DNA from: an uncultured delta proteobacterium
GTDB taxonomy: Bacteria > Desulfobacterota > Binatia > DP-6
Assembly (NCBI GenBank): GCA_963815115.1
Contig: CAWFFN010000009.1
Location: forward strand, 928,001 to 992,000
Length of the DNA stretch: 64,000 bases
Reading direction: 5' to 3'
Below are positions 46,611 to 55,845 of the stretch, piece after piece. Each line of letters begins with the position of its first letter. Position 1 is the first letter of the stretch. The translations under genes and the position numbers were made by a program. The notes under the pieces are model-generated. The model had not been told where the DNA came from. It was given only the letters and a program-made list of their open reading frames with translations, and did not search any database.

Positions 46611-47803
46611 CGGACCGGCGCGCCCTGCGCGTCCTCTTCGTCTGCCTGGTCTGCATCGGCCTCGGGCAGTCGATGCTGTTCGCCATCCTGCCCCCAGCCG
46701 CCCGGGCGCTCGGCATCTCGCCGTTCCGCATCTCCACCATCTTCGCCGCCTCGGCGAGCATCTGGGTGTTCGTCAGCCCGTGGTGGGGGCGGCAGAGCGA
46801 CGTGCGGGGCCGGCGGCCCATCATCCTGATCGGGCTGCTCGGCTTCGGGCTCTCGATGGCGCTGCTGGCGACGACCATCGCCCTCGGCTCCGCCGGGCTG
46901 CTGTCGTCGGTCGCGGTCTACCCGCTCCTGGTCGGCTCGCGCTGCGTGTTCGCGCTCATCGGCTCGGGGACGGGCCCGGCGTCGCAGGCGTACATCGCCG
47001 ACCGGACCTCGACGGAGGAGCGCGCCGCAGGACTGGCGCTGGTCAGCGCCGCCGTGGGGCTCGGCGAGACGCTCGGACCGGCCATGGGTGCGGGACTCGC
47101 CACCCTCGGGCTGGTCGCTCCGATCTACTTCAGCGCGGCGCTCGCGGTCGCCAGCGCGGGCGTGATCTGGTGGCGGCTGCCCGAGGAGGCGCCGGTCCGC
47201 AGCGCCGACTCGGGGCCGCCGCCCCGGCTGGGCTATGCCGACCGGCGGGTGGCGCCCTTCCTCGCGATCGGCGCGTCGCTCCAGGCCGTACGCGCCACGA
47301 CGGTCATCACGCTGGCGCTCTTCCTCCAGGACACCTTCGCGCTGACCGCCGAGCAGGCGGCGCAGCGCGCCGGCGTCGGCTTCGTGGTGCTGGCATCGGC
47401 GGGGCTCTTCGCGCAGCTCGTGCTCGTCCAGCGCCTCCGGCCGACGGCGCGAACGATGATCCGGTGCGGCGTGCCCCTGATGGTGCTCGCGTTCGGGCTG
47501 CTGGTCGTCGGACGCGCGTTCGGCACCCACCTGATGGCGCTCGCCAGTCTCGGGCTCGGCCTTGGCCTGGTTCGCCCCGGCAGCGCCGCCGGCGCGTCGC
47601 TCGCGGTCACGGCCGAGGAGCAGGGCGCGGTGGCGGGCCTGCTCGGCGGTCTGGCAGTTCTGGGCAACGTCTTCGGCCCGATGCTGGGCACCACGCTGTA
47701 CGGGATCTCGCCGCGGGCGCCCTACGTGCTGAACTGCCTCCTGATGGGCAGCGTGCTGGTCTTCGTGCTCGCGAGCCAGCGCCTGCGCGAGATGCGGAGC
47801 TGA
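46607..47803 (+). CDS. MFS transporter (TetA/DHA1-like)
   Basis: GTG overlaps the atuC stop. [12 protein letters not shown] motif A and about 12 TM helices. Confidence 0.9.
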   Translation: MTDRRALRVLFVCLVCIGLGQSMLFAILPPAARALGISPFRISTIFAASASIWVFVSPWWGRQSDVRGRRPIILIGLLGFGLSMALLATTIALGSAGLLSSVAVYPLLVGSRCVFALIGSGTGPASQAYIADRTSTEERAAGLALVSAAVGLGETLGPAMGAGLATLGLVAPIYFSAALAVASAGVIWWRLPEEAPVRSADSGPPPRLGYADRRVAPFLAIGASLQAVRATTVITLALFLQDTFALTAEQAAQRAGVGFVVLASAGLFAQLVLVQRLRPTARTMIRCGVPLMVLAFGLLVVGRAFGTHLMALASLGLGLGLVRPGSAAGASLAVTAEEQGAVAGLLGGLAVLGNVFGPMLGTTLYGISPRAPYVLNCLLMGSVLVFVLASQRLREMRS

Positions 47804-47821
47804 CGCCCGTTCGCGCAGCGT

Positions 47822-48808
47822 TCAGCGCGCCAGCAGGAACCGGAGACCACGCACCCAGCCGCCCTGCTCCTTGCGCCGGAAGCGCAGCTGCCGCCAGGCG
47901 TCCGCCAGGCGATAGGCGGTCATCTGCGCCGCCGGCAATCGTGCGGCGGCGAGATCCGGATGCTCGCGCTCGTAGCCGTAGGCGTCGAGCAGATCGCCGG
48001 TGATCCGCTCGATGCGCCGGCGCAGCGCGGGGGACATCTGCGCCTTCCACTTCTGGCGCTCGCCTGTCACCACCTCGGCGGCGCCGCGCGCCGAGCCGAG
48101 ATTCTCGGGCACGCGCAGGAACCGACCGGCGTCCGGCGGCGTGGGGACGCCGAGGAAGTCGAAGACGCGAACAAGCCGATCGCGCACATCCGTCACCAGG
48201 TCCTCGTAGCGCAGCTCGTGATAGCGTGACGCCCCCAGCGCGGCGCCCGCCGTGCGACAGCGGCGCACGCGGTCGGCCCACTCCTGCGCGGTGCGCAGCG
48301 GCGTGTTGCCCCAGGCATCCTCCGCCGACAGGGCGCAGTCGCGCGGGTCACGCACCAGGTGGACGAACCGCGCGCCGGGGTAGAGCCGCGCCAGCAACGG
48401 CAGCTCGCTCATGTAGGCCGGCGTCTTGTCGCCCCAGAGGACGTCCTCCCATGACCTCCGCGGATCCGGGATCTCCTGCTCGTGCACGCAGTGGAAGAGC
48501 GCTTCCAGCACCCCGGGCCAGTCGTGCCGGCGGCACAGCCGGTACCAGCGGCCGGTATCGATGTGCACGCCGCGGCGCTCCCAGTGCCAGAACGCCCGTG
48601 TCCCCCGCAGCGCTCCCACCAGCCGCTCGAAGTTGGCGCGCTCGCCGAGATCGCCGTAGCGCGCGATGTCGCGCGTGAAGCGCGGGATGAAGTGCGACTC
48701 GACGTCGGAGATCCAGAGGTCCGGGCTCCGGTTGAGCAGCTCCCGCAGCATCTTGGTGCCAGACCTGGGATTGCCCACGACGAAGAAGGGAGGCTCGGCG
48801 CGCGTCAC
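47822..48808 (-). CDS. PAPS-dependent sulfotransferase
   Basis: FVVGNPRSGTKML, WGDKTP, HLVRDPRDCALS, LRYEDLV. Confidence 0.92.
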   Translation of the reverse strand: MTRAEPPFFVVGNPRSGTKMLRELLNRSPDLWISDVESHFIPRFTRDIARYGDLGERANFERLVGALRGTRAFWHWERRGVHIDTGRWYRLCRRHDWPGVLEALFHCVHEQEIPDPRRSWEDVLWGDKTPAYMSELPLLARLYPGARFVHLVRDPRDCALSAEDAWGNTPLRTAQEWADRVRRCRTAGAALGASRYHELRYEDLVTDVRDRLVRVFDFLGVPTPPDAGRFLRVPENLGSARGAAEVVTGERQKWKAQMSPALRRRIERITGDLLDAYGYEREHPDLAAARLPAAQMTAYRLADAWRQLRFRRKEQGGWVRGLRFLLAR

Positions 48809-48907
48809 TGCCGTTCTGGTAGCAAGAGCGCGACCGGCTCGCCAGCCGCGACGACCCGAGGGTGTGGCTCTTCAAGTCGAGCCTCGAACCCCGTAAACAG
48901 GGCCCCC

Positions 48908-50896
48908 GTGCCTCGCATCCGCAAGGTCCTGGTGGCCAACCGTGCCGAGATCGCCCGGCGCGTGCTCCGGACGCTGCGCTCCATGAGCATCGACAGCGTG
49001 GCGGTCTACTCCGATGCCGATGCCGGGGCGCCGCATGTCGCCGAGGCCGACGAGGCCGTGCGCATCGGGCCCGCGCCCAGCCGGGAGTCCTACCTGGCGA
49101 TCGACCGGCTGCTCGCGGCCGCGGCCGCGACCGGAGCCGACGCCGTCCACCCCGGCTACGGCTTCCTCGCCGAGAACGCGGACTTCGCGGCGCGCTGCGC
49201 GGAGGCGGGTCTCACCTTCATCGGCCCGCCCGTGTCCGCCATTCGCGCGATGGGCAGCAAGGTCGAGTCCAAGCGCATCATGGAGGGTGCGGGGGTCCCG
49301 GTGATCCCCGGCGTCTCGGGCGCGGCCCTGTCGAACGAGGCGCTCGCACGCGAGGCCCGTGCGCTCGGCTTGCCGGTGCTGGTGAAGGCATCGGCGGGCG
49401 GCGGCGGCAAGGGGATGCGTGTCGTCCGGGAAGAGGCGCACCTCGCCGAGGCGCTGGCGGCGGCCCGGCGCGAAGCGCTCGGCGCCTTCGGCGACGACAC
49501 GCTGCTGGTGGAGCGGTACATCGAGCGGCCGCGCCACATCGAGATCCAGGTGTTCGGCGATACGCACGGCACCGTCGTTCATCTCTGCGAGCGCGAGTGC
49601 TCGGTCCAGCGGCGCTACCAGAAGGTGATCGAGGAGGCTCCGTCCCCCGGGGTCGACGCCGCGCTGCGTTCCCGGCTGAGCGCGGCGGCGGTCGCGGCGG
49701 CGAGGGCGATCGGCTACGTGGGTGCGGGAACCGTCGAGTTCATCGTCGGGCCGCACGGCGAGTTCTACTTCCTCGAGATGAACACGCGGCTCCAGGTGGA
49801 GCATCCGGTCACGGAAGAGGTCACCGGCATCGACCTGGTGCGGCTGCAGATCGAGGTCGCCGAGGGCCGGGCGATCGCGTTCCTCCAGGAGGACGTGCGT
49901 CTCGACGGTCACGCCATCGAAGCCCGTCTGTACGCCGAGGATGCGGCGCGAGACTTCCTGCCCGCCGCCGGCCGGCTCCTCCTGTGGGAGGCGGCGCCGT
50001 GGCCGGGAGTGCGCTACGACTCCGGGGTCGTCGCCGGCACGGAGGTCGGCGTCCACTACGACCCGATGCTGGCGAAGATCGTCGCGCACGGCAGGTCGCG
50101 CGAGGAGGCCACGCGCCGGCTCGTCGGGGCGCTCGAGCGCCTCGGCGTGGCGGGCGTCACGACGAACCGCGACTTCCTGCTCGCCGTGCTGCGCCATCCC
50201 GCCTTTGCCGCCGGCGAGCTCGACACCCACTTCATCGAGCGGCACCTGCCGCCCGAGGTGCGTCTCGCCCCGCGCGACGCCGCCGCCGAGCGCGCGCACG
50301 CCATCGTCGCCGCCATCCACGACCACGAGACTCGCCGGCGCGCGGGCGGCCCGCTGCCGCCGACCATTCCCTCCGGCTGGCGCAACAGCCGATGGCGGCC
50401 GCAGAGCGTGACCTATCGCCTCGGACCCGACACGGTCGAGGTACGGTACGTTGCCGAGCCCGGCGGGCGCTTCACGGTCGAGGTCGGGGATGCGACGTCA
50501 ACGGTCATACTCCACGAAGCCGACGCGCGTGGCCTGGCGGTCGAGATCGACGGTGTCCGTCGCCGCTTCACCGTGGCCGCGGCCGGCGACGTCATCGCGG
50601 TGCACGGGCCGCTCGGGACCGCCGAGCTGGTCCGGCAGCCGCGCTTTCCTGCCGGGCGGCGCGACGACGCGGTCGGCGGCTGTGTGGCGCCCATGACCGG
50701 CGTCGTCCGGGCCGTGCACGTGGCGGCCGGCGAGCGGGTGACGAGGGGCCAGGTCCTGCTGGTCCTGGAAGCCATGAAGATGGAGCACGAGCTGATCGCA
50801 CGGGCGGACGGTGTGGTGCGCGAGGTGCGCGTCGAGGTGGGGCAGATGGTCGATCCCGACGCGGTGCTCGTCGTGGTGGCGGCTGCGGAATCGTGA
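48908..50896 (+). CDS. atuF: Acyl-CoA carboxylase alpha subunit (biotin carboxylase plus carrier), AtuF-like
   Basis: KVLVANRAEIA, HPGYGFLAEN, GGGGKGMR, LEMNTRLQVEHPVTE and biotinyl motif EAMKME. Confidence 0.82.
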   Translation: MPRIRKVLVANRAEIARRVLRTLRSMSIDSVAVYSDADAGAPHVAEADEAVRIGPAPSRESYLAIDRLLAAAAATGADAVHPGYGFLAENADFAARCAEAGLTFIGPPVSAIRAMGSKVESKRIMEGAGVPVIPGVSGAALSNEALAREARALGLPVLVKASAGGGGKGMRVVREEAHLAEALAAARREALGAFGDDTLLVERYIERPRHIEIQVFGDTHGTVVHLCERECSVQRRYQKVIEEAPSPGVDAALRSRLSAAAVAAARAIGYVGAGTVEFIVGPHGEFYFLEMNTRLQVEHPVTEEVTGIDLVRLQIEVAEGRAIAFLQEDVRLDGHAIEARLYAEDAARDFLPAAGRLLLWEAAPWPGVRYDSGVVAGTEVGVHYDPMLAKIVAHGRSREEATRRLVGALERLGVAGVTTNRDFLLAVLRHPAFAAGELDTHFIERHLPPEVRLAPRDAAAERAHAIVAAIHDHETRRRAGGPLPPTIPSGWRNSRWRPQSVTYRLGPDTVEVRYVAEPGGRFTVEVGDATSTVILHEADARGLAVEIDGVRRRFTVAAAGDVIAVHGPLGTAELVRQPRFPAGRRDDAVGGCVAPMTGVVRAVHVAAGERVTRGQVLLVLEAMKMEHELIARADGVVREVRVEVGQMVDPDAVLVVVAAAES

Positions 50897-50917
50897 AACG
50901 CCGGATGCGAGGAGGGC

Positions 50918-51709
50918 ATGATGTCGACCGAAGAGGTGACGCGCTACGAGCTTCGCGGTAGCGCGGGCTGGATCACGCTGGCCTCGCCCGCGACCCGCAA
51001 CGCGCTCTCCGCGCAGATGATCTCGGAGCTGGGCGCGCGGCTCGATGCCGCGCTGGGCGATCCCGCGGTCCGGGTGGTCGTGCTCGCCGGTACCCCGCCC
51101 GCCTTCTGCGCCGGAGCCGATCTGAAGGGCGGTGGTGCGGCGGTCGCTCCCGGTGGCGGAGCCCGCAATCCCTTCGTCGGGGTGCTGGAGCGCATCTGGG
51201 ACGGGCCGAAGCCGGTGGTGGCGGCGGTGAACGGGCATGCCTTCGGCGGTGGGATCGGGCTGGTGGCGGCCGCGGACGTTGCCATCGCGGTCGAGCAGGC
51301 CGCGTTCAGCTTCAGCGAGGTGCGGGTCGGTGTCATCCCGGCGATGATCTCGGTCGTGGTGCTGCCGAAGCTCGGGGTGCACCAGGCGATGCGACTCTTC
51401 CTCACCGGCCGGCGCTTCGACGCCGGCGAGGCGCTGGCCCACGGCCTCGTGCATCGGGTGGTGCCGGCCGAGGGCCTCGAGGCAGCGGTGCAGGAGGAGA
51501 TCGATGCGATCGCGCTGGGAGGCCCCAACGCCGTCAGGGAAGCGAAGCGGCTCATCCGCACCGTGTCGCGGCTACCCATGGACGAGGCCTTCGCGTACGC
51601 GGAGGGAAAGATCGCCGAGCTGTTCGCCTCTGCCGAGGCCGCCGAGGGCATGGCGGCGTTCGCGCAACGCCGGAGGCCCGGCTGGGCCGACGCGTCGCGC
51701 GCTGGTTGA
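50918..51709 (+). CDS. Enoyl-CoA hydratase (AtuE/LiuC-like)
   Basis: RNALS, AFCAGADL, VNGHAFGGGIGL, FSEVRVGVIPA. Confidence 0.88.
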   Translation: MMSTEEVTRYELRGSAGWITLASPATRNALSAQMISELGARLDAALGDPAVRVVVLAGTPPAFCAGADLKGGGAAVAPGGGARNPFVGVLERIWDGPKPVVAAVNGHAFGGGIGLVAAADVAIAVEQAAFSFSEVRVGVIPAMISVVVLPKLGVHQAMRLFLTGRRFDAGEALAHGLVHRVVPAEGLEAAVQEEIDAIALGGPNAVREAKRLIRTVSRLPMDEAFAYAEGKIAELFASAEAAEGMAAFAQRRRPGWADASRAG

Positions 51710-51747
51710 CCGCTCGCGGCGGCCGCGCGTAAGACGGGGACCCTGCC

Positions 51748-53508
51748 ATGTCCGACGTGCTCCGCATCGCCAACTGCAGCGGTTTCTACGGCGATCGCCT
51801 GAGTGCGGCGTCCGAGATGGTCGACGGCGGTCCGATCGACGTCCTCACCGGCGATTATCTCGCCGAGCTCACGCTGATGATCCTCCTGAAGGATCGCCTG
51901 CGGGATCCCGAGCTGGGCTACGCGCGCACCTTCCTGCGCCAGCTCGAGGAGGTCGCGGTGACGTGCAAGGAGCGCGGCATCCGCATCGTCGTCAACGCCG
52001 GTGGGCTCAACCCGGCGGGCCTCGCGCGAGCGGCACGCGCGCTCTACGAGCGGCTCGGACTGCGCGCCGTCGTCGCGCACGTCGAGGGCGACGACCTGAT
52101 GCCGAAGCTGGCCGCCTTGCAGGCGCGCGGCGAGCGCTTCACCCACCTCGACAAGGGCATCCCGCTCAGCGCCCTGGGCGTGCCGGTGCTGAGCGCGAAC
52201 GCCTATCTCGGCGGATGGGGCATCGCGGCGGCGCTCGAGCGCGGCGCCGATCTGGTGATCTGCCCGCGCGTCACCGACGCGGCTCTCACGCTGGGACCCG
52301 CGGCCTGGAAGTTCGGCTGGGCGCGGAACGACTGGGACCGGCTCGCCGCCGGCGTGGTGGCGGGGCACATCATCGAGTGCGGTGCCCAGTGCACCGGCGG
52401 CAACTACAGCTTCTTCCACGAGATCCCGGACCTCGAGTACCCCGGATTCCCGATCGCGGAGATGCGGGCCGACGGGACATTCGTCATCACCAAGCACCCC
52501 GGCACCGGCGGCCTGGTGAGCGTGGGAACGGTCACCGCGCAGCTCCTCTACGAGATCGCCGGCGCGAGCTATCCCAATCCCGACGTCACGGCGCGCTTCG
52601 ACAGCATCCAGCTCGAGCAGGAGGGGCCCGATCGCGTCCGCGTGTACGGCGTGCGCGGCGAGCCGCCGCCTCCGACGACGAAGGTCTGCATCAACCACTT
52701 CGGTGGCTACAAGAACAGCATGACGTTCGTGCTGACCGGGCTCGACATCGAGGCCAAGGCGAAGCTCGCCGAGGAGACGCTGTGGAAGCTCGTCGGCGGT
52801 CGCGAGCAGTTCGCCGAGTCGCACGTGACGTTGCGCCGGGGGGATCGACCCGATCCCGCTACCAACGAGGACGCGTTCGCGTACCTGGTCATCAGCGTGA
52901 AGGATCCGGATCCCCGGCGGGTCGGGCGTGCCTGGTCGAACAAGGTCGTCGAGATGGCCCTCGCCAGCTACCCCGGGTTCTTCATGACGCACGTGCCGAC
53001 GGCGGAGCAGCAGGTGGGCGTCTACTGGCCCGCGCTCGTGCCGTCTGCCGACGTCGAGCAGCACGTGGTGATCGGCGAAGCGGCGCTTCCGGTCGCGCCC
53101 GCGGGCGTCGGGACGACCCGCTCGTCCGTCGAGGTGCCGCAGCCTCCGGCGGGCCCGACGCCGGGAGGGCGCACCCGCGAGGCTCCACTCGGCAGCGTCT
53201 GCGGCGCACGCTCCGGCGACAAGGGCGGCAACGCCAACGTCGGTCTGTGGGTCCGGACGCCGGAGGCCTACCGCTGGCTGCTGGGATTTCTCACCGCCGA
53301 CCGCCTGCGCGCGCTGCTCCCGGAAGCGCGTACGCTCGGCATCGAGCGCCACGAGCTGCCGAACCTCCTTGCGCTCAACTTCGTCGTGCAGGGGCTCCTC
53401 GGCGACGGGGTCGCCGCATCGCTGCGCAGTGACCCGCAGGCGAAGAGCCTCGGGGAGTACGTGCGGGCCAAGGTCGTCGCCATTCCGGAGACGCTCCTCG
53501 ACGGGTGA
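51748..53508 (+). CDS. atuA: Acyclic terpene utilisation protein AtuA (DUF1446)
   Basis: IANCSGFYGDR, DYLAELT, NAGGLNP, AGHIIECGAQCTGGNY, QLLYEI, ARSGDKGGNANVG, DPQAKSLGE. Confidence 0.92.
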   Translation: MSDVLRIANCSGFYGDRLSAASEMVDGGPIDVLTGDYLAELTLMILLKDRLRDPELGYARTFLRQLEEVAVTCKERGIRIVVNAGGLNPAGLARAARALYERLGLRAVVAHVEGDDLMPKLAALQARGERFTHLDKGIPLSALGVPVLSANAYLGGWGIAAALERGADLVICPRVTDAALTLGPAAWKFGWARNDWDRLAAGVVAGHIIECGAQCTGGNYSFFHEIPDLEYPGFPIAEMRADGTFVITKHPGTGGLVSVGTVTAQLLYEIAGASYPNPDVTARFDSIQLEQEGPDRVRVYGVRGEPPPPTTKVCINHFGGYKNSMTFVLTGLDIEAKAKLAEETLWKLVGGREQFAESHVTLRRGDRPDPATNEDAFAYLVISVKDPDPRRVGRAWSNKVVEMALASYPGFFMTHVPTAEQQVGVYWPALVPSADVEQHVVIGEAALPVAPAGVGTTRSSVEVPQPPAGPTPGGRTREAPLGSVCGARSGDKGGNANVGLWVRTPEAYRWLLGFLTADRLRALLPEARTLGIERHELPNLLALNFVVQGLLGDGVAASLRSDPQAKSLGEYVRAKVVAIPETLLDG

Positions 53509-53557
53509 CCGGTCGCGGGGTTGCCTCAGGTCCGCGTTGGTCTTACATCAGGGATAA

Positions 53558-53576
53558 CCCAGGAACGATTCCTATT
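53558..53576 (+). promoter_or_regulatory. PerR-like operator CCCAGGAACGATTCCTATT upstream of ahpC
   Basis: AGGAA-N3-TTCCT palindrome just upstream of the AGGAGG RBS of a peroxiredoxin. Resembles deltaproteobacterial PerR sites as I recall them. Confidence 0.6.
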
Positions 53577-53592
53577 TTCAACAGGAGGGCTG

Positions 53593-54177
53593 ATGGCCGC
53601 ACACGTGCAACAACCCGCCCCGCACTTCACCTGCGAGGCACTCGTCAACGGAGCGTTCAAGGACGTGTCCTTGTCGGACTACAAGGGCAAGTACCTGGTG
53701 CTCTTCTTCTACCCGCTCGATTTCACCTTCGTCTGCCCGACGGAGATCCTCGCGTTCAACGATCGCGCGGCCGAGTTCACCGCGATCGGATGCGAGCTCG
53801 TCGGAGCATCCGTGGACAGCAAGTACACGCATCTCGCCTGGACCGGCACGCCGCGCAAAGAGGGCGGCATAGCGGGGGTCACCATCCCGCTGCTGGCCGA
53901 TCTGAAGAAGGAGATCGCGCGCGACTACGGCGTGCTGCTGCCCGACGGCGTCGCGCTCCGCGGTCTCTTCGTCATCGATCCGAAGGGCGTCGTGCGCCAC
54001 ATCACGATCAACGACCTGCCCATCGGGCGCTCGGTCGACGAAGCCTTGCGCGTCGTCCAGGCGATCCAGTTCTTCGAAGAGCACGGCGAGGTCTGCCCCG
54101 CCAACTGGACGCCGGGCCAGGACGCCATGAAGGCCGACCCGAAGGGCTCGAAGGACTACTTCCGCAAGGTCGGCTGA
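53593..54177 (+). CDS. ahpC: 2-Cys peroxiredoxin
   Basis: [39 protein letters not shown]. Confidence 0.95.
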   Translation: MAAHVQQPAPHFTCEALVNGAFKDVSLSDYKGKYLVLFFYPLDFTFVCPTEILAFNDRAAEFTAIGCELVGASVDSKYTHLAWTGTPRKEGGIAGVTIPLLADLKKEIARDYGVLLPDGVALRGLFVIDPKGVVRHITINDLPIGRSVDEALRVVQAIQFFEEHGEVCPANWTPGQDAMKADPKGSKDYFRKVG

Positions 54178-54190
54178 GGCCGGGTCAGCC

Positions 54191-54228
54191 GCCGCGGCTC
54201 CGGGAGCGCCGGTTTCCGGGGTCGCGGC
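54191..54228 (+). terminator. 17-bp stem-loop after ahpC, between convergent genes
   Basis: 54191-54207 pairs with 54212-54228 using four G-U pairs, so it folds fully only on the + strand. No U-tract. Confidence 0.5.
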
Positions 54229-54237
54229 TACCGCGCC

Positions 54238-54708
54238 TCATTTGTGCATCTGCTCGGCGAGATACTGGGCCTGGCCGACGCTGGCGATGAGGCCGAGCTG
54301 CGTTTCGAGCCAGTCGACGTGCTCCTCCTCGCTCTCGAGGATGTCCTCCAGCAGGTCGCGCGAGGTGTTGTCGCCCTCGTCCACGCAGAGGGCGATCGCC
54401 TTGTTGAGCTTGGTCACGGCTTCGCGCTCCAGCCCGAGGTCGGACTTGAACTGCTCGGGCACGGTCTCGCCGATGTGCAGCGTGCCGAGCTTCTGGAGGT
54501 TGGGGACGCCTTCCAGGAAGAGGATCCGCTCGGTCAGGTCGCTGGCGTGCTTCATCTCGCTGATGGCTTCCTTGTAGTTCTCCTCGGCGAGACGGTGGAA
54601 GCCCCAGTTCTTGCACATCTTGGAGTGCAGGAAGTACTGGTTGATGCCGACGAGCTCGCCGGCGAGGACGTCGTTCAGCGCCTGGATGACCTTCTTGCTC
54701 CCCTTCAT
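54238..54708 (-). CDS. bfr: Bacterioferritin
   Basis: MKG...ELVGINQYFLH, EMKHA (heme Met), ERILFLEGVPNLQ, EEEHVDWLETQL. Confidence 0.96.
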   Translation of the reverse strand: MKGSKKVIQALNDVLAGELVGINQYFLHSKMCKNWGFHRLAEENYKEAISEMKHASDLTERILFLEGVPNLQKLGTLHIGETVPEQFKSDLGLEREAVTKLNKAIALCVDEGDNTSRDLLEDILESEEEHVDWLETQLGLIASVGQAQYLAEQMHK

Positions 54709-54795
54709 ACCCCCTCCGACGGCGCACGGTTAGCACAGCGCCCGAGGGGGAACCAGGTAGGTTCTCGGGCGGGCCGACGGCGGGGACGCTGCCGC

Positions 54796-54975
54796 TCAGC
54801 CCCGGGCCTGCTCGAAGCGAGCCTCGAGGTGGCGCTCGAGGCGGGCGAGACACGATCCGCAATCGGCGCCGGCACCGTCGCAGGAGCGGGAGACCTCGTC
54901 GAGAGTCCGCGCCCCGCAGCGCACGGCCTCGCGGACGTCACCTTCGGAGATTCCCCGGCAGATGCACAGGATCAT
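54796..54975 (-). CDS. bfd: Bacterioferritin-associated ferredoxin [2Fe-2S], 59 aa (not in the ORF track)
   Basis: Manual translation: MILCICRGISEGDVREAVRCGARTLDEVSRSCDGAGADCGSCLARLERHLEARFEQARG*. CxC...CGSC pattern, directly upstream of bfr. Confidence 0.92.
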   Translation of the reverse strand: MILCICRGISEGDVREAVRCGARTLDEVSRSCDGAGADCGSCLARLERHLEARFEQARG

Positions 54976-55011
54976 CGGATCGCGTCCCTCTCGAACCTGG
55001 GGGGACAGTAC

Positions 55012-55033
55012 CGATTTTGAAAGTCGATTTCAA
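55012..55033 (-). promoter_or_regulatory. Fur box upstream of bfd, overlapping the tatD stop codon
   Basis: Minus-strand TTGAAATCGACTTTCAAAATCG is 20/22 identical to 4757-4778. Confidence 0.82.
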
Positions 55034-55845
55034 GTGCTTTCGTCGCTGGCCGCAAGGAGTCCGAAAAGGCGTCGGGCATTGGCCGCGGTGGTGCCCGCCA
55101 CGGCCTCGAAGGGACGTCCTTGTACCTCCGCAACCGCCTCGGCCACCAGCCGAACGTGGGCCGGCTCGTTGCGCTTGCCCCGGTGGGGCACGGGGGCGAG
55201 GAACGGGGCGTCGGTCTCGATCAGCAGCCGGTCCTCGGGGATCGAGCGCACCGCCTGCCGCAGCGCGTCGGCGTTGCGGAAGGTCACGATGCCGGAGATC
55301 GAGAGATGCAGCCCGAGGTCCAGGTAGCGCCGGGCATCGTCGGCGTCGCCCGTGAAGCAGTGGATCACGCCTCCCGCCCCGGTGAGCGGCTCGCCCCGGA
55401 GCACGTCGACGGCGTCGCGATGGGCGTCGCGCACGTGCACGACCAGCGGCAGGCCGAGCTCCCGGGCCATCGCCGCCGTCCGCGCGAAGGCGGTGCGCTG
55501 CGCCGCGCGTGGCGAGTGCTCGTAGTGGTAGTCGAGGCCGGTCTCGCCGAGGGCGACCACGCCGGGTGCGGCGGCGAGGCGGCGGAGCGCGGCGAGGGCG
55601 GCGTCGTCGGCGGTGGAAGCGTCATGGGGATGGATGCCGACGCTGGCGACCACTCGCACGCCGCGGCGCATACCGGCGAGGTCGATCGTCGGCGCGTTGT
55701 CCTCGACCCCCCCCGTGGCTCCGACGCAGACGAGCGTGGTCACCCCGGCGGCCGCCGCGCGCTCGAGCACGGCGTCGCGATCGGCGTCGAACTCGCGCTC
55801 GGCGACGTGGCAGTGCGAGTCGACCAGCAGCGGTCCGGCGTTCAC
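55030..55845 (-). CDS. tatD: TatD-family nuclease
   Basis: LVDSHCH, GIHPH, LGETGLDY, VVHVRDA, VIHCFTG, LIETDAPFLAP. Confidence 0.95.
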   Translation of the reverse strand: MNAGPLLVDSHCHVAEREFDADRDAVLERAAAAGVTTLVCVGATGGVEDNAPTIDLAGMRRGVRVVASVGIHPHDASTADDAALAALRRLAAAPGVVALGETGLDYHYEHSPRAAQRTAFARTAAMARELGLPLVVHVRDAHRDAVDVLRGEPLTGAGGVIHCFTGDADDARRYLDLGLHLSISGIVTFRNADALRQAVRSIPEDRLLIETDAPFLAPVPHRGKRNEPAHVRLVAEAVAEVQGRPFEAVAGTTAANARRLFGLLAASDEST

